Below, one piece after another: positions 42,258 through 55,800 of a DNA stretch of 64,000 nucleotides. The notes under the pieces are model-generated. The model saw nothing but the letters and a program-made list of their open reading frames with translations, did not search any database and was not told the DNA's origin. A program made the translations under genes and the position numbers. Origin of the DNA: the human T2T-CHM13v2.0 reference genome, Homo sapiens; the NCBI RefSeq assembly GCF_009914755.1, contig NC_060937.1; one strand, 5' to 3'. Within the stretch, counting starts at the first letter, position 1, and each line of letters opens with the position of its first letter.

Positions 42258-42738
42258 TGTGGGGAACAGGCATGCAAATCTGGCCATAAACTGGCCCCAA
42301 AACTGGCCATAAACAAAATCTCTGCAGCACTGTGACATGTTCATGATGGCCATGATGCCCATGCTAAAGGTTGTTGGTTTACTGGAATGAGGGCAAGGAA
42401 CACCTGGCCCACCCAGGGCAGAAAACCACTTAAGGCATTCCTAAGCCGCAAACAATAGCATGAGTGTTCTGTGCCTTAAGGACATGCTCCTGCTGCAGAC
42501 AACTAGCCAGAGCCCATCCCTTTTTTTCCCATTTTAGTTAATCTATAATCTATAGAAACAGTGTTTATCACTGGCTTGCTGTCAATAAATATGTGGGTAA
42601 AACTCTGTTCGTGGCTCTCACCTCTGAAGGCTGTCAGCCCCCTGATTTCCCACTCCACACTCTATATTTCTGTGTGTGTGTCTTTAATTCCTCTAGCGCC
42701 ACTGGGTTAGGGTCTCCACAACAGAGCTGGTCTTGGCA
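42258..42738 (+). mobile_element. MER9 solo LTR (HERV-K HML-3), inserted in an L2 relic
   Basis: ctggccataaactggccccaaaactggccataaac...ctctagcgccactgggttagggtctcc...ttggca; TSD gtttc/gtttc. Confidence 0.93.
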
Positions 42739-43726
42739 GTTTCCATGGCTAGATTTGCCTAATAACCCTGAGCTTTATGTACTGGAGTATGTTAGGGCAC
42801 AGTCTTAGGACTTCTCCTCTTGTCTATTGATCTCACCCATTCTCAAGGCTTTGACCATCATGTATAAATAATTTCCCACTTCATATCTCTACCAAAATTT
42901 TCCATTAAATTCCAGGCTCATTTATCAAAGTACCTACTAGAATCTGTATTTGGATTTCTGATAAGCATCTGAAACTAAACTTGTTCAAACCTTAATTCAA
43001 CATCCCCCTGTGACTAACCAGATTATCCTTCAATTTATCCAACTCAGTACATTGCAATTTCATATTTCAGGTTGCTCAGATATAGTCTGTTTCTATTTGT
43101 CCTTGTTTCAAATACCAACACTGGAAAGTTAGTTTCATGGTTACCTGGTTTCTATCAGGTAGTTAAAAACACCACTCTTTGATTGGTGGAGAAAAAGAAA
43201 CCTGATTATCTTCAGATCTTCTTTGTGTTAAGGAGTCTCTTTTCTCCAGACAGCTGAGAAATCAATGATTTATTTCATATTTTTATCAACCATTGATAAA
43301 ATTCTCAATGCTTTTATCTTTTGCTCTGTTATTTAAATTTTTAGTCTTTTTCACTGATTTTGTAATTAAAAACAAACATCCTCTTACAAAAGGAAGATTC
43401 TTTTATGATGATCTGTTTATAGCTGTGTTGGTTCTTTTGAATCTGTAGAAGATACTTTTTAAACATTTGGAGACAATTGAACCTAAAAATTTATCATTTG
43501 TATGCACTATGATAATATCAAAGACATGCAAGCAGACATTAATGTTGAATAATTAAAAAAACTAATTATTTTTATAACAATTATATAAATGAGTGTAAAT
43601 AAATGTTGGAATGGGAATACAGATGGAATGGGAAGGATGATTTCTAGTCTGTCTGTAGTTTTATGCCTCCTTAAAAATCTTAAAGTCAATTCTAAGTAAT
43701 AAATTTTCTACTTAATAGTTCTAGTT

Positions 43727-43898
43727 TTTTGTTTGTTTGTTCATTTGTTTTTGAAATGGAGTCTCACTCTGTTACCCAGGCTGGAGTGCAGTGGCGTGAT
43801 CTTGGCTCATCGCAACCTCCACCTCCTGGGTGCAAGCGATTCACCTGCCTCAGACTCCGGAAGACCTGAGATTACAGGGGTGAGCCATCGCACCCAGC
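43727..43898 (-). mobile_element. Monomeric (collapsed) AluS
   Basis: Right-arm body joined to the left-arm 5' end gtgagccatcgcacccagc; TSD tctagtt. Confidence 0.85.
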
Positions 43899-43899
43899 T

Positions 43900-45880
43900 C
43901 TAGTTATTTTTTTTTAATCTTTACAATTTTCTTTGTAAATAATCATGTCATGTGGGAATAGAAACAGTTTTATTTCTTCCTTTCCAAACGTTATATATTT
44001 TATCTTTCTTTATTTCTTAATTAGGGTATCCAGTACAATGATGAATAGAAATGGATAAAGCAGAAACACTTGTGTTATTCTCAATTCCAGAGGTAAAACT
44101 TTCAATATTTTACCATTAAGTATGATCATAGTTGTAGATTTTTTTCTTCTGTTTTCTCCTTTTTTTCTCTTCCCTGCTCCTGCCCCTCTTCCTCTGTTCT
44201 TTTGTAGATATCCTTTACCAAATAAAGAAAATTCTCTTCACCAAGAAATGGATCATGGTGGTATTCTGATCCGAGACTTCTAGATTCCAAAACTGTGAGA
44301 AAAAAAAATGTCTGCTGTTTAAGCCACCTTGTCTTTGGTGACAACCCAGGCTGATTAAGACAGTTATCATATATTATTTATTTACATATTACTAGATTCT
44401 ATGTAACATTTTGTTAAGTTTTATGTTTACAAGTTATTTCATATTTTATGTCAAGTTTTTTTAAGGGTTTTATAAAGATTTTGCTGCCCTCATGAAACAA
44501 TTAGGTAACATTTTTCTATGTTGTGAAAGTAAAATTGGTATCATATCTTCTTAAATAATTGATTTAAATTAAAATTTACCAGTAAAATTACTGATGTCTT
44601 GAATTTCTTTGTAGGAAGACTTATGGGAGTAGATTCAGTTTATTTTACAGGTAGGTAACCATTCAGATTTTTTTCATCACATGCTACTTTTAGTCAGCTT
44701 TAATTTTCAAGAAATTAATCAATTTTGTCTAAGCTGTTTATTTAACTGGCATAATACTATATTCATAACATTCTTGTAACATTTTCTTTTTATGTCTACT
44801 GAATCTATAGAGGTACTGAAGCAGTGTTGTCTGTCTGGGGAAATACCCAAGGTTCATTGTTTTGCACTAAGGAAATTGAAAACATGGACACCCATGGAGT
44901 AGATTTAAGAGAGGAAAGTTTAATAGGCGAAAGAAGAGAGAGCTTCCTTGTGAGAGGCAAGGGACCCGAGTGGGCTTCTGAGTTTAAGGCAAGATGTGAC
45001 TGGTTTTATAGACAAGCTTGAGGAAATCGTGTTTGATTTACATAAGTTGCAGCAGATTGGTTGGGCCGGGTGTGTCATTTACATAGTGTGCCAGACAGCT
45101 GGTCATCCCATCCTAATTTTTTATTATGAAAGTGAGGTCTTTATCTGGCTGGCACCATGTTACCTGCACATGTGGCGACAAAGAAAAGAGAAGAGGAAAC
45201 CTCCATGTTGAATATACCTGGCTTCCAGATATCCCTTTTCTATTGACACAGCTGCTGGCATTTACCTATGCAAGCTTCCAGCTTGCTTATCTATGCTTGT
45301 AGCTTGATTTTTCAGCTTGCTTTTTGTTAGTAAAGAAATGATTTGGGGGCTGCCTTTTTACTAAGAAAAAATCCCACCAAGAACTCTTTGATCCTTACTT
45401 ACTGCTTAAATAATTTCTTTTTAACCCCTCTATTAGTAACTTTTCTTTTACTCCTGGTTTTGGCCATGTGCATGCTCTGTTTTCTTGTGCACACTGAGTG
45501 TGTAAATGTTATTGAGATTTTCAAAGAACTAACCTTTGGATTTCTTAATTTTTTCTACTAGTATTTGTTTTCTATTACTGATTTTTCAGTCAATCTTTAC
45601 TATTTCTTTTTTTTCGATTTACTTTTGGTTAATTTTGCTCTTCTTTTCTTAGCTTTTCAGTTTGGAAGATGAGACCATTGATTGTCAATTTTTCTTCCTT
45701 TCTGATAATAGGCTTTCAAAGCTGTAAATTGTCTTCGAAGCACTGCTTAGCTGTGTCCCACAAATTTTGTCAGGTCTTATTTTCCTTATCATTCAGCTCA
45801 AAATATATTCTAAACTATATCTGTTGATTTCTTCTTTGAGCTATTACTTATCTAAGAGTGTGTTGTTAAATTACAGTGGT
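43900..45880 (-). mobile_element. L1ME antisense fragments, with an MLT1 3' fragment at ~44255-44362 and an LTR inserted
   Basis: aatcatgtcat...acagttttatttcttcctttcca; tttcaaagaactaacctttgg. Confidence 0.65.
44817..45435 (-). mobile_element. ERV1 solo LTR (LTR9-like)
   Basis: tgaagcagtgttgtctgtctggggaaatacc ... ggggctgccttttta...taaataatttctttttaacccctctatta. Confidence 0.75.
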
Positions 45881-45993
45881 TACTTTTCTTATAACAGTTT
45901 TTCTATCATAAATATAAACATGGATTAATTTTTTTCTTACTGTTCAAGACATGTACTTCTTTAATCTATCTTTCATCAATCTGGAATATTTCA

Positions 45994-46219
45994 CACCAGC
46001 CTGGGCAACATAGGCAGACCCCGTCGTTAAAAAAAAAATTCTTAAAATTACTCAGTCATGTGGTGGCACATGCCTGTAGTCCTATCCACTCAGGAGCCTG
46101 AGGTGGGAGGATCACTGAGCATAGGAGGTTGAGGCTGTAGTGAGCCTGATCACTCCACTGCACTGCAGCCTGAGCAAGAGAGCAAGACCCTGTCTCAAAA
46201 ACAACACAACAACAAAAAA
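45994..46219 (+). mobile_element. 5'-truncated AluJ
   Basis: ccagcctgggcaacatagg...gaggtgggaggatcac...caagaccctgtctc, then an A/C tail. Confidence 0.9.
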
Positions 46220-46302
46220 GAATTTTTATAAGTATCGACTTTTTAAATACTCTTTACTTTTAGAATTCCTATTAAACATTTGTGATATCTGCTATTTAAA
46301 CT

Positions 46303-46858
46303 TGTAGTTTCCTTGGGCTGCCATATAAAATTACCACAAAATCGATGATTTAATATACATTAATTTATTCTTTTATAGGAGGCCTGGAGTCTGAAATCTA
46401 GGTGTGAGCAGGAATTCATTCCTAGCAATGGCTCTATGAAATTTAAACATACCAGACTCCAAGGAGAATTAAAATATCTGGTATGGCATGTACAGCCTAA
46501 GTATCTGTTTATAGTATGTCTTCTGCAAACTCTCTAGGGGAGAATCTTTTCAGGCTTCTTCTAGCTTCTGCTGGCAGTTGACATTCCTTAATTTATGACC
46601 ACATCAGTCTAATTTCTGCCTTTGTCTTCATGTCACCTTCTTTTATGCTGTCTACCAAATCTCCTCTGCCTCACACTTATAAAGACACTTGTCATTGGAA
46701 TAAGACCTGCCCGAATAATCTAGAATGATCTCCTCATCTCAAGATTCTTTATTTGATTAAATCTGCAAAACCATTTTCCCAAATAAGGTAATGTTTACAG
46801 GTTTCATTAATTAGAACATGAACGTATCTTTCAGTGTGTTACAAAAAAACCCACTACA
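46303..46858 (-). mobile_element. MLT1B/C LTR carrying a ~95 bp foreign insert (46437-46531)
   Basis: gggctgccata...ggagtctgaaatctaggtgt...ggctcta [insert] ctctaggggagaatc...ataaggtaatgtttacagg. Confidence 0.85.
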
Positions 46859-46898
46859 ATTTTTTTCATTTATCTTAATTGCAAGAGCTACTTGATTT

Positions 46899-47369
46899 AT
46901 TTATTAGTCCGAGTTCTCCAGAGAAACAGAAACTTTAGGATATATGTGTGTGTGTATATATGTGTATATATATATATATACACACACGCATAAAATATGT
47001 ATTTATATACATACACAGATATATATTGGCTAATGTGATTGTGGAGCTGGCAAATCGAAACTCTGCAGGGCAGGCCAGCAGACTGGAGGCCCAGGGAAGT
47101 TGATATTGCAACCCAAGTTGAAAAGCAGTCTGGAGGCAGAATTTCAACTTCCTTGGAGGATTTCAGTCTTTTTCTTTAAAGGGCTTCAGCTGATTGAATG
47201 AGGTCCACTATATTATGGAAGTTAATCTATTTATTCTAAGCCTACCGACTTAAATGTAAATCATGTCTGAAAAATACCTTCACAGCAACATCTAAACCAG
47301 CGTTTGGCCAAATACCTAGGTACTATGGCCTAGCCACATCCACATGAACACATAAAGTTAAGCATCACA
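46899..47369 (-). mobile_element. MLT2 (HERV-L) LTR with an internal (TG/TA)n
   Basis: tattagtccgagttctccagagaaacagaa...ataaagttaagcatcaca. Confidence 0.88.
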
Positions 47370-47768
47370 ATTAATTTCCATAATTTTATTTTTGTTTAAA
47401 TCTACCTGTCCTCTTTGTTTACAGTCTCTCTGTTTCTTTTCTTTACAATTTATAGACTTTCCATTTTCATGTTCAAAATTTCTTAGGCCTACAATCCTCT
47501 TTTATTTATCTGCTATAATTAACTCATTTGGATTAATCTCATTTTTTACATTGTGATTTTATCTTCAACCACACTGTTTTCTTTTTGTGAGGATCTCATG
47601 AACTTGTGATGTTTTTTAGCCAGTTTTAGGTTTTGCTAAGTGCCACAGATATTTATTTTGATATTAATCCATTGGTTTGGAGATTCTTATACTATGATGA
47701 TAGTGTAAATCTGGGCCCTGTACCCACAGGCATTGGTTTCTCAGTTGAGTCCTGTCTGAACAGAGATT

Positions 47769-47802
<34 letters not shown>

Positions 47803-47807
47803 ATGGT

Positions 47808-47910
47808 GTGAAGTTGAATAGTGGAAACAGATACCATATGACCCACAAAACTTAAAGTATTTACTGTCTAGTTTTTACAAAAATAAAAATAAAATCTGCT
47901 GACACCTGCT
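47808..47910. mobile_element. MER58 fragment after a (TG)n tract
   Basis: gttgaatagtggaaacagataccatatgacccacaaaac...tatttact...tgctgacacctg. Confidence 0.7.
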
Positions 47911-48561
47911 CTTTGGGCCTGCAAAAGAGAATTAGCTGGACGTGAAGGGAAATGAGAAAATGGTTATTTTTTAGTCTGTGAAAAACCATTCTCTAAGAAT
48001 GGTTTTGCTTGTTCATCATTTTCCCTGTTTACAGAGTGCCTAAGTAGCTGTTGGTGATTGAGGCTGTGGCATTGTCTACTACTTTTTCTCTTGCAGGCAA
48101 ACAAACACCTATAAACAGAATCTTCGCATAATTTACATCTTTTTTTTTTTAACTTCAGGTTACACGGATAAAACCCAAACACATCAGACTCAGAGCTCAG
48201 AGGAGAATTAAAATGTCTGTTACGGCATATCTAGTCTAGCTATCTTGTCACGGTGTGTCTTCCACAAATTAATGCCTCTTGCCCAAACTGTTTGGGCATC
48301 CCTATGTGATTCTTTTATCTTCTGATTGTTGGCACAGCATTCCAGGCTTCTCATTACATTTTCCAGTTAATGTTTGCTAATGGCAAACATCCAATACTAG
48401 CATTTCTAAAGCATGATAGATTTCAGTCCCAGAGTAGAGTCCAATTCCTCAGAAGAGTGAATCCCAAGGTATGTTAGAGCAAAAACCTGGAATAATTTCA
48501 ATTTTTTATATTCAGAAACACCTCAAATTTCTTAATACATTATGTATTCCTGGAAAATGAG

Positions 48562-48863
48562 TGTCTTACTCAGTTTGGGCTGCTATAATAAAGTACCGTA
48601 GACTGGGTGGGTTTTAAACAATGAAGATTTATTTCTCACAGTTCCGTAGGCTAGAAATACAAGACCAGGGGGCCAGCATGGCTGTGGTCTTGAGGACCCT
48701 CTTCTAGGTTGCAGACTGGTGTTTCTGTTGTATCCTTACATGGCTCCACTCTCATGACCTAATTACCTCCCAAAGAGCCTATCTCCTAATCTTCATTACC
48801 TTGTGTGTTAGGGTTTCAACATACGAATTTGTGGGGACACAACACAAATATTCAGTCTCTAAT
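48562..48863 (-). mobile_element. MLT1A-like LTR
   Basis: tgtcttactcagtttgggctgctataataaagtacc...tttatttctcacagttc...ggggacacaacac. Confidence 0.85.
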
Positions 48864-51800
48864 AGTTGGCTAATGATATATTTCCAGGTTGTAAGTTTAT
48901 GGTGGTTTTTATTCCATTTCATCTATGTAGTAAGCTTTCTTTAACCTATCAAAAATTGATTCTCATTCTAGCATGTCCAATCTCAAATAGCATATTTTCT
49001 CCCAAACCTCAATTGTATTTTACTGTTTTCCCATGATTTTAAAGTATAGGTCTGACCAATGACAGCCCTTTGAGTCAGAAGTCTAATGATAAGACTATAG
49101 TCAGATAGGGAAAAGGTGATCTTGTCAAGTTAGGGTAAAAATTTAATCTAAGATGCACCTGAGTATTCATTGTACCTTAAAACCAAAACATTAAAAGCCT
49201 GAAAATGCATTTCTTAAATATGGGATTTCCCCAGGGCATTATTACAGTTTAAAAAAATATCTGAGTTAAATCTTTAAAAAACAATGCAAAAATTAGTGGG
49301 GTTTTTTGAAAGCAAACCCTAGGTGAAAATTCTGTAAAATTGCTTTCAAAATATTTCCTTATTGTACTCCTTTCAAACTCTGCTGCTGCTGAAACGTTTC
49401 TCTTCTGTCCCTTAATTTTCTGTCTCTTACCTTTACTTCCTCTTTCTTTCACTCTCACTCCTGTTTCTTCTAATTCCTCATTCTGTCCCTCCTCTGCTTA
49501 CAATTGGTGAGACATTATTGCCTTCCAAATACCAACACTCCTAACTCTTGCACACTCTCATTGCAAGCAGACTCTTGGGAATCATTTTCTTTCTTTTTGC
49601 TGACTACTTTTTTTCTTGTGAAGTAGATCCTATTGGAAATCTAGTGATTAAGTCATCCATCTTGCTGTACAACTAAATACTAAAATCCTTTTCTTTGATT
49701 CTTTCTGGGTTGCCAGCAATATTATCTCACGCTTGCTACATAAATTTCCTTGCTCCACAAACGATCTCATTCAAAACCTCCTTATTATTTAAGAAAATGC
49801 TGTGTACCAAGAAAGTTTCCAGTAAATATTAGCAGATGATTTATAACAATGTAAGGATGATTATGAGTGATGATAGAGGATCTACAGTGCTTACATGTTT
49901 CATGGTGATTTTAATGGTTGAAAAATTGTGTTTTGTACTTGAGATTACCCATTCATCCTGCAGTTACATCAATTATTGTTTATGGGAATATTTAAAAATT
50001 CATATATATTTTTAAGAAGTGAGCACTTATAATGTTTCTAGGTTACAGACAACTGCAACACACTTTAGAATTGTATAAATCTATTATTTTCTAAAGAAGC
50101 TGTAGCCACTTAAAAATACTATAAAACACAATGATTTCATAGCTTTATTTAAAGATTAATTACCATTATTTTAAAAAGAGGATGACATAAGTAATATTTT
50201 AATAATTTTTCTTTAGGAATAGTCAAATTATAAGTGTGTAGCCAAGCAATTATATAACGTAATGACATAGTTATATTTATGATTGACAGGTAGTATTTGT
50301 TCTTTTCTTCATATTTATTGGTTTTCTACAGGATATATCATATTATACACTATTTTCCAAATATGAGTTACATTAGAATCTCCATTACTTCAAAATATGC
50401 TGAAAAGATATGAGTCATTGTGTTTCCTGGCATTTCAAAACTGCTAAAGGTGTAAAATTTAATGTTTAGATAACAGCATTTGACGTTGTGACAAATGACT
50501 AATTAGTATATTTTCAACATTTACCTATAGAAGTAAAAACTGAAGACAAATACTTCATGCAACTTGTTTCTGTGATATTATTTTTTACCAACAGCACAAT
50601 TTTCTGCAGAGACACTTTTCAGAGAAGTATGTACAATTAAAAGTTTAGAGACTAAAACTTTGGTACAGCTACAAAAAAATATTGTGCCAAGTTGATAGTT
50701 AACATTTTATTGTAGTTGTTTTGCACCTTGTTGATCTGGAAGTTAATAATTCAGCATTCTAGAGTGGGTTACTTTACAGTTTATAACACAATCTCATATT
50801 TATCACATTATACATCTATATCACTTCTACCTCTTCCAAAACAGTTTTTATTACTAAATAGTAAATCTTTTCGAGTGTAGAGAATATCATGAGATTTGCT
50901 GGATAAATTAACTGCTTTGCAAATGGCATAAGAAATGTCACATTTTATGAATCAGAGTTAACAAGATCTAAAAAATGATACTGCACATATTTCACAGTGC
51001 ATTATAGGAGTAGTCTATCTCAGTGTATTGCAGGGACTTACTCTCAAATTTCAAAGCATCAGCAAAGAATCTCTTTCCAGCAAGTTTTAGTAGTGATTTC
51101 ACCAAGATTACTCCAAACATCATTAATACCTAAGAGGTTTCTAACATGATATGGATGAGAGGATGCTGAGAAAATATTTTAAAATGCATTTTGTCTGAAG
51201 TGTGACAATTTTTAATTCTTTTATAACTATTTTATTCTTTATTTCTCAGTCAGGTATTTATTACATGATACTATTTATTCTAAATGACAGTGACAATTGC
51301 CTGAGGTTTTCAGAATGTATTCTTGTATATTGAAAACTTTATACATTCACAATATTCTATAAATATGAAGAACATAAAGTTTATTAGAATTGTTTACATA
51401 AATTAGCTTTTTCAAGGAAATTTTTTATGTTGTTTTTGATTATCTCATTTTTGAAACACCATGTTTGAATGAAAAATTATGATTATTTCATATTTAAAAG
51501 AGTATTCCATATGTAAAAAGATGGGTCAATACCTACAAGACAGAATTTTTTCCACATAACAAAAAGAAGTTCTTAAAAGACAAGATAATAAAGGAGAAAT
51601 AAGAAACCACCTGATTAATAATATAAATTGATTCCAAATTAGCTTAAAAATATTTGATTTATGCTTATCTAATTAATTTGTTCTTTCTCTCACTGCACTG
51701 CTCTAGTTATTTTATAATATATTTTGGATCTTACAGATCTTTCCACTCCTTCCTTGTAGAAAATAGATAATATTCATCAGATTGATAATCAAATCTATGA

Positions 51801-52684
51801 AGCAATGATAAAAGCACATTAAGGAAACAATTATTATTATTATAACAGCCCATGTACATGATAAGAACTAACTATTTTTTAACAAATTACAGCCTGTTTC
51901 ATCATAACATCTTGGAACCACCTTAGGAATGGAAATTTACTGGCTGGTTGTTGAAGCTAAACAGAGTGCGTCATTAGTAGGCTAATAAGTTAAAATAAGC
52001 CATTATTCAAAATACAAACTTTAAAAAACATTACAGTTTTTAGGTATTACTAGATAATGGTTGTAACTCTTCACTAAGAAACTGTCTGCAATTATTACAC
52101 TAGACCTTGAATTGCTCATTCATAATTGCCTTCACATATGAGGGAGCATGGTGAATGCTGCTCCTGACAATAACAAAGATGTATCATTCCTATCTGTGTT
52201 ATTAACAAATAACAAATTAACTGTGTAACTATTGCTCATAATTTAGCCTCATTTATGCCTTATCATTTTCCTTATAGAGCGTATATGACATTAATACTAA
52301 TGCAATAACCAACATTTCTTGTATCTTTTGAAATTACTTACAGAGTAGTCAAGTCAATAGAAAACTATACTGAATTGGGGCTGAGTGTTCCTGTGGCAGG
52401 CCTTGTGTGTCAGGACCCATGCAGCTTGGTTTACTTCAACTTATCTCTGCCAAATACTTGAGTCACTGTTCATGAGTATTCTACTAGGGATTGTGAACTC
52501 ATTGATAGGTTGTTTATGTCATATAAAGAGCACTGATATTTCAAAAACTGAAATTGTATACTTTAAATATGTAAGATGAAAGCCCATTTTATCCATCATT
52601 TAAGACCCTGGACCACATTAAACGTAGACTTCTAGTTGAAGTTTAGAATGAACTAGAATATAGGAAAATGCCCTAATAATTTAA

Positions 52685-53025
52685 TGTATTAGTCTGTTTT
52701 CACATTGCCATAAAGATACAGCCCGAGACTGAGTAATTTATAAAGGAAAGAGATTCAATTGACTCACAGTTTTGCATGGTTGGGGAAGCCTCAGGAAACT
52801 TAGAATCATGGCAGAAGGGGAAGCAGGCACGTTCTCCTCAAGGTGGCAGGAGAGAGAAGAGTGAAGGAGGAACTTTCTAACACAAACAAAACCATCAGAT
52901 CTCATGAGAACTCACTCACTATCACAAGAACAGCATGGGGGAAACTGCTCCCATGATCTGATCACCTCCCTCCTTCAACACGTGGGGATTACAATTTCAG
53001 ATGAGATTTGAGTGAAACCATATCA
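52685..53025 (-). mobile_element. THE1D/MSTA solo LTR
   Basis: tgtattagtctgttttcac...gcctcaggaaactt...gagatttgagtgaaaccatatca. Confidence 0.9.
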
Positions 53026-53361
53026 ATTAGCAATTGTTGTTCTTTGTTCTTTCCCACTTTCCCTACTTCTCTCCTTCTTGCCTTTCCCTCTCTCTCTCTC
53101 TGCCTACCTCCTTCCTTTCTTTGTTCCATATTTAAATATTATTATTTCTGTTTATGTTGGAATCACAAGGCCCTGCTCCCCCTTGGTTTCAACCATACTA
53201 TTAATAGATTTTCACAGTTTCTTTTTCTCAGCCTTGAACAGATACCCTACAAGAAGCAAATTTTGAGGTAAGCAAAAGTTTATTCTGTCTTATTTTACTA
53301 ACATCACATGACTATCATTATGTGGTCATAAAAAGCACATTCTTCTATATTAAAAGTATAA

Positions 53362-53685
<324 letters not shown>

Positions 53686-53689
53686 TTAA

Positions 53690-55800
53690 ATAAATGAAGT
53701 GTTTAAGAGGAAAATAGTTATCCGACAGTTATGCAAGATGAGGCCTAAGAATTGGCCTTTGGGCTTTCTAATGCTTAGCTTTTATAGATACTAATATATG
53801 TGTGTTTATGTGTGTGTTTTAACATGAGATAAATTACTGCAGTTGCATGTTGCAGGAAATAATACCATTAAATGAGGAAAAATATTAAGGGAGACAGTGA
53901 AAAAGGAAGAGAGAGAGATTGAATTGCCAGAGTAATATTGAATAGGCAAGAGAGGATGGGTTCAATGCATAAGGAGACAGGATAGCCCCAGGAAGGAACA
54001 GAGATTGTTCATCTTTAGTTGGAGAAAGAAAGGAAGAGAATATGGTTAGTGATGCTGACAGATAGGTGGATATTTTCCTCAATAAAAAGGCAATGGAAGC
54101 CAGTAAAAGAGAAAGTGTAATAAGGCATAAATGAGGCAATGGGAAAAGTGGGAGGTGTTTAACGAACTTGAGGAGAGAGGAGAAAATGTAATTGTCTTCT
54201 AGAAGAGTAGTATAATGAATAGATTATGAAACACTGATACAATGACTGGGCAGCATTTAGTGGTCACTTTAGTAACCACAGATTTGCAGTAAGACTGTTA
54301 GGCTTTTTGTGCTTTGTATCATTATCTAGTTATAGAATCAGAGTGGGTAGAGACATCACTTAAACAAGATTAGGGTTTTCTCAAAAGACTAGGAAGAAAT
54401 AGAAGGTATGAGAATTAAAGCTATATACAAAGGACTGATTATAATGCTGTCACAGATAATTTAATCTATATAAGATGAAAATGTAGAAATGAAGAGGGTT
54501 ATAATTTGTGAAAATAAGTGATCTAAGCTAATTTTAGGCTCTTGTTGAGAAGAGAAATATAACAATTAGGTAATTGCTGTACTCTGGGGATAGAGTAGAA
54601 AGATATTGAGATCAAAATAATGAGGGAGTTGCTGTGATTAGAGATTCTATATCACAACTACGGGATTAAGTGGCTAATATTAGGAGGAGGACAAAATTAT
54701 TGAAATCTATGAAGTCAAAAAATGGAAAGTCAAGGGGTTTGGAAGAACAATCAAAGTTGTTACTAAAATTATGCGTACTTACAATAGGAGTAATATTAGA
54801 GAGTAACAGAGAGCTAGAAGACAGAATACCGACTGAGTGAAGGCAATTAACCTAGGGACTTTATAACAATCAGGCATATTGGATACTATGAAATAATGAT
54901 GCAACATTTCTGTGGGTACTATGGTGTGCTATCACATGACTTAAAGTTGGAAGTGCCTAACAGAGAAAGAGAAAAAAAAAACAATATCAGAAAGCAGTGT
55001 AAAGAACACTTAGCACATTTCTTGGCCCAATAGTGTGAAATGTGTGAAGAGAAAGTAGCTAAGAGTTTTGAAGGCAGAAAGAGAATGCGTGTTCCCAGGA
55101 GAGAGCCATTTTCAAGTTAGACTAAGAAGCCAAAGAAGACATTTAGGACAAAAGTTCAGAATAGAGGTGATTTTGCAGATAATTGATTGTCAGTCCCAAC
55201 AAGCATGGTATAAAGAGTTCAGAGTTTAAGAAAGGAAGTCAATGGCGTCATAAAGAGAAAAGGCAGAGCCTTATGGGGATTTGACTACATGAGATGAGAG
55301 GTGACCTGAGTCTTAAGACTTCTTGTGGTTCAAAATGAGATGAGATTTGGTGATCTTAAAGTTGAACATTTTGATGAGATGTAAGTGTAGTGGTATTGGG
55401 ACATATGCCTTGTCAAGAGCACTCTTAGACCCAGAGGCCTGTATTGATCCTTGCAGTAGAAGTGAGAAGACCAAAGTAGTGGTAATGGGACATAATATGA
55501 GAATATAGGACTCTGTTGATATTTATTAGTGACTGAGAGATGGTATGGCCATTAATAGTGGTGCTATGGAAGCCAGGTGGTATGTAGTCTTAGTTAACTG
55601 ATTTAAGAAAATGGAAAAAAATATATATGACTAATGTAGTCACCCTCTGACTTGATAATCTTTCAGTTATAATATTCATGCTAGCCATTATCTAAATTCA
55701 AGAAAGAAGGAAAAGAGTGAGGAGAATAATGAAATATTTCTGTGGGATTTTGTTCTAAATGGGGTCAGAAAAATAGAATAAAAGCTGAGGATACATGTGA
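53690..55800 (-). mobile_element. Long degenerate L2 segment
   Basis: Purine-rich decayed LINE-2-like body (gaattggcctttgg..., gagaggatgggttcaatgca). Confidence 0.5.
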
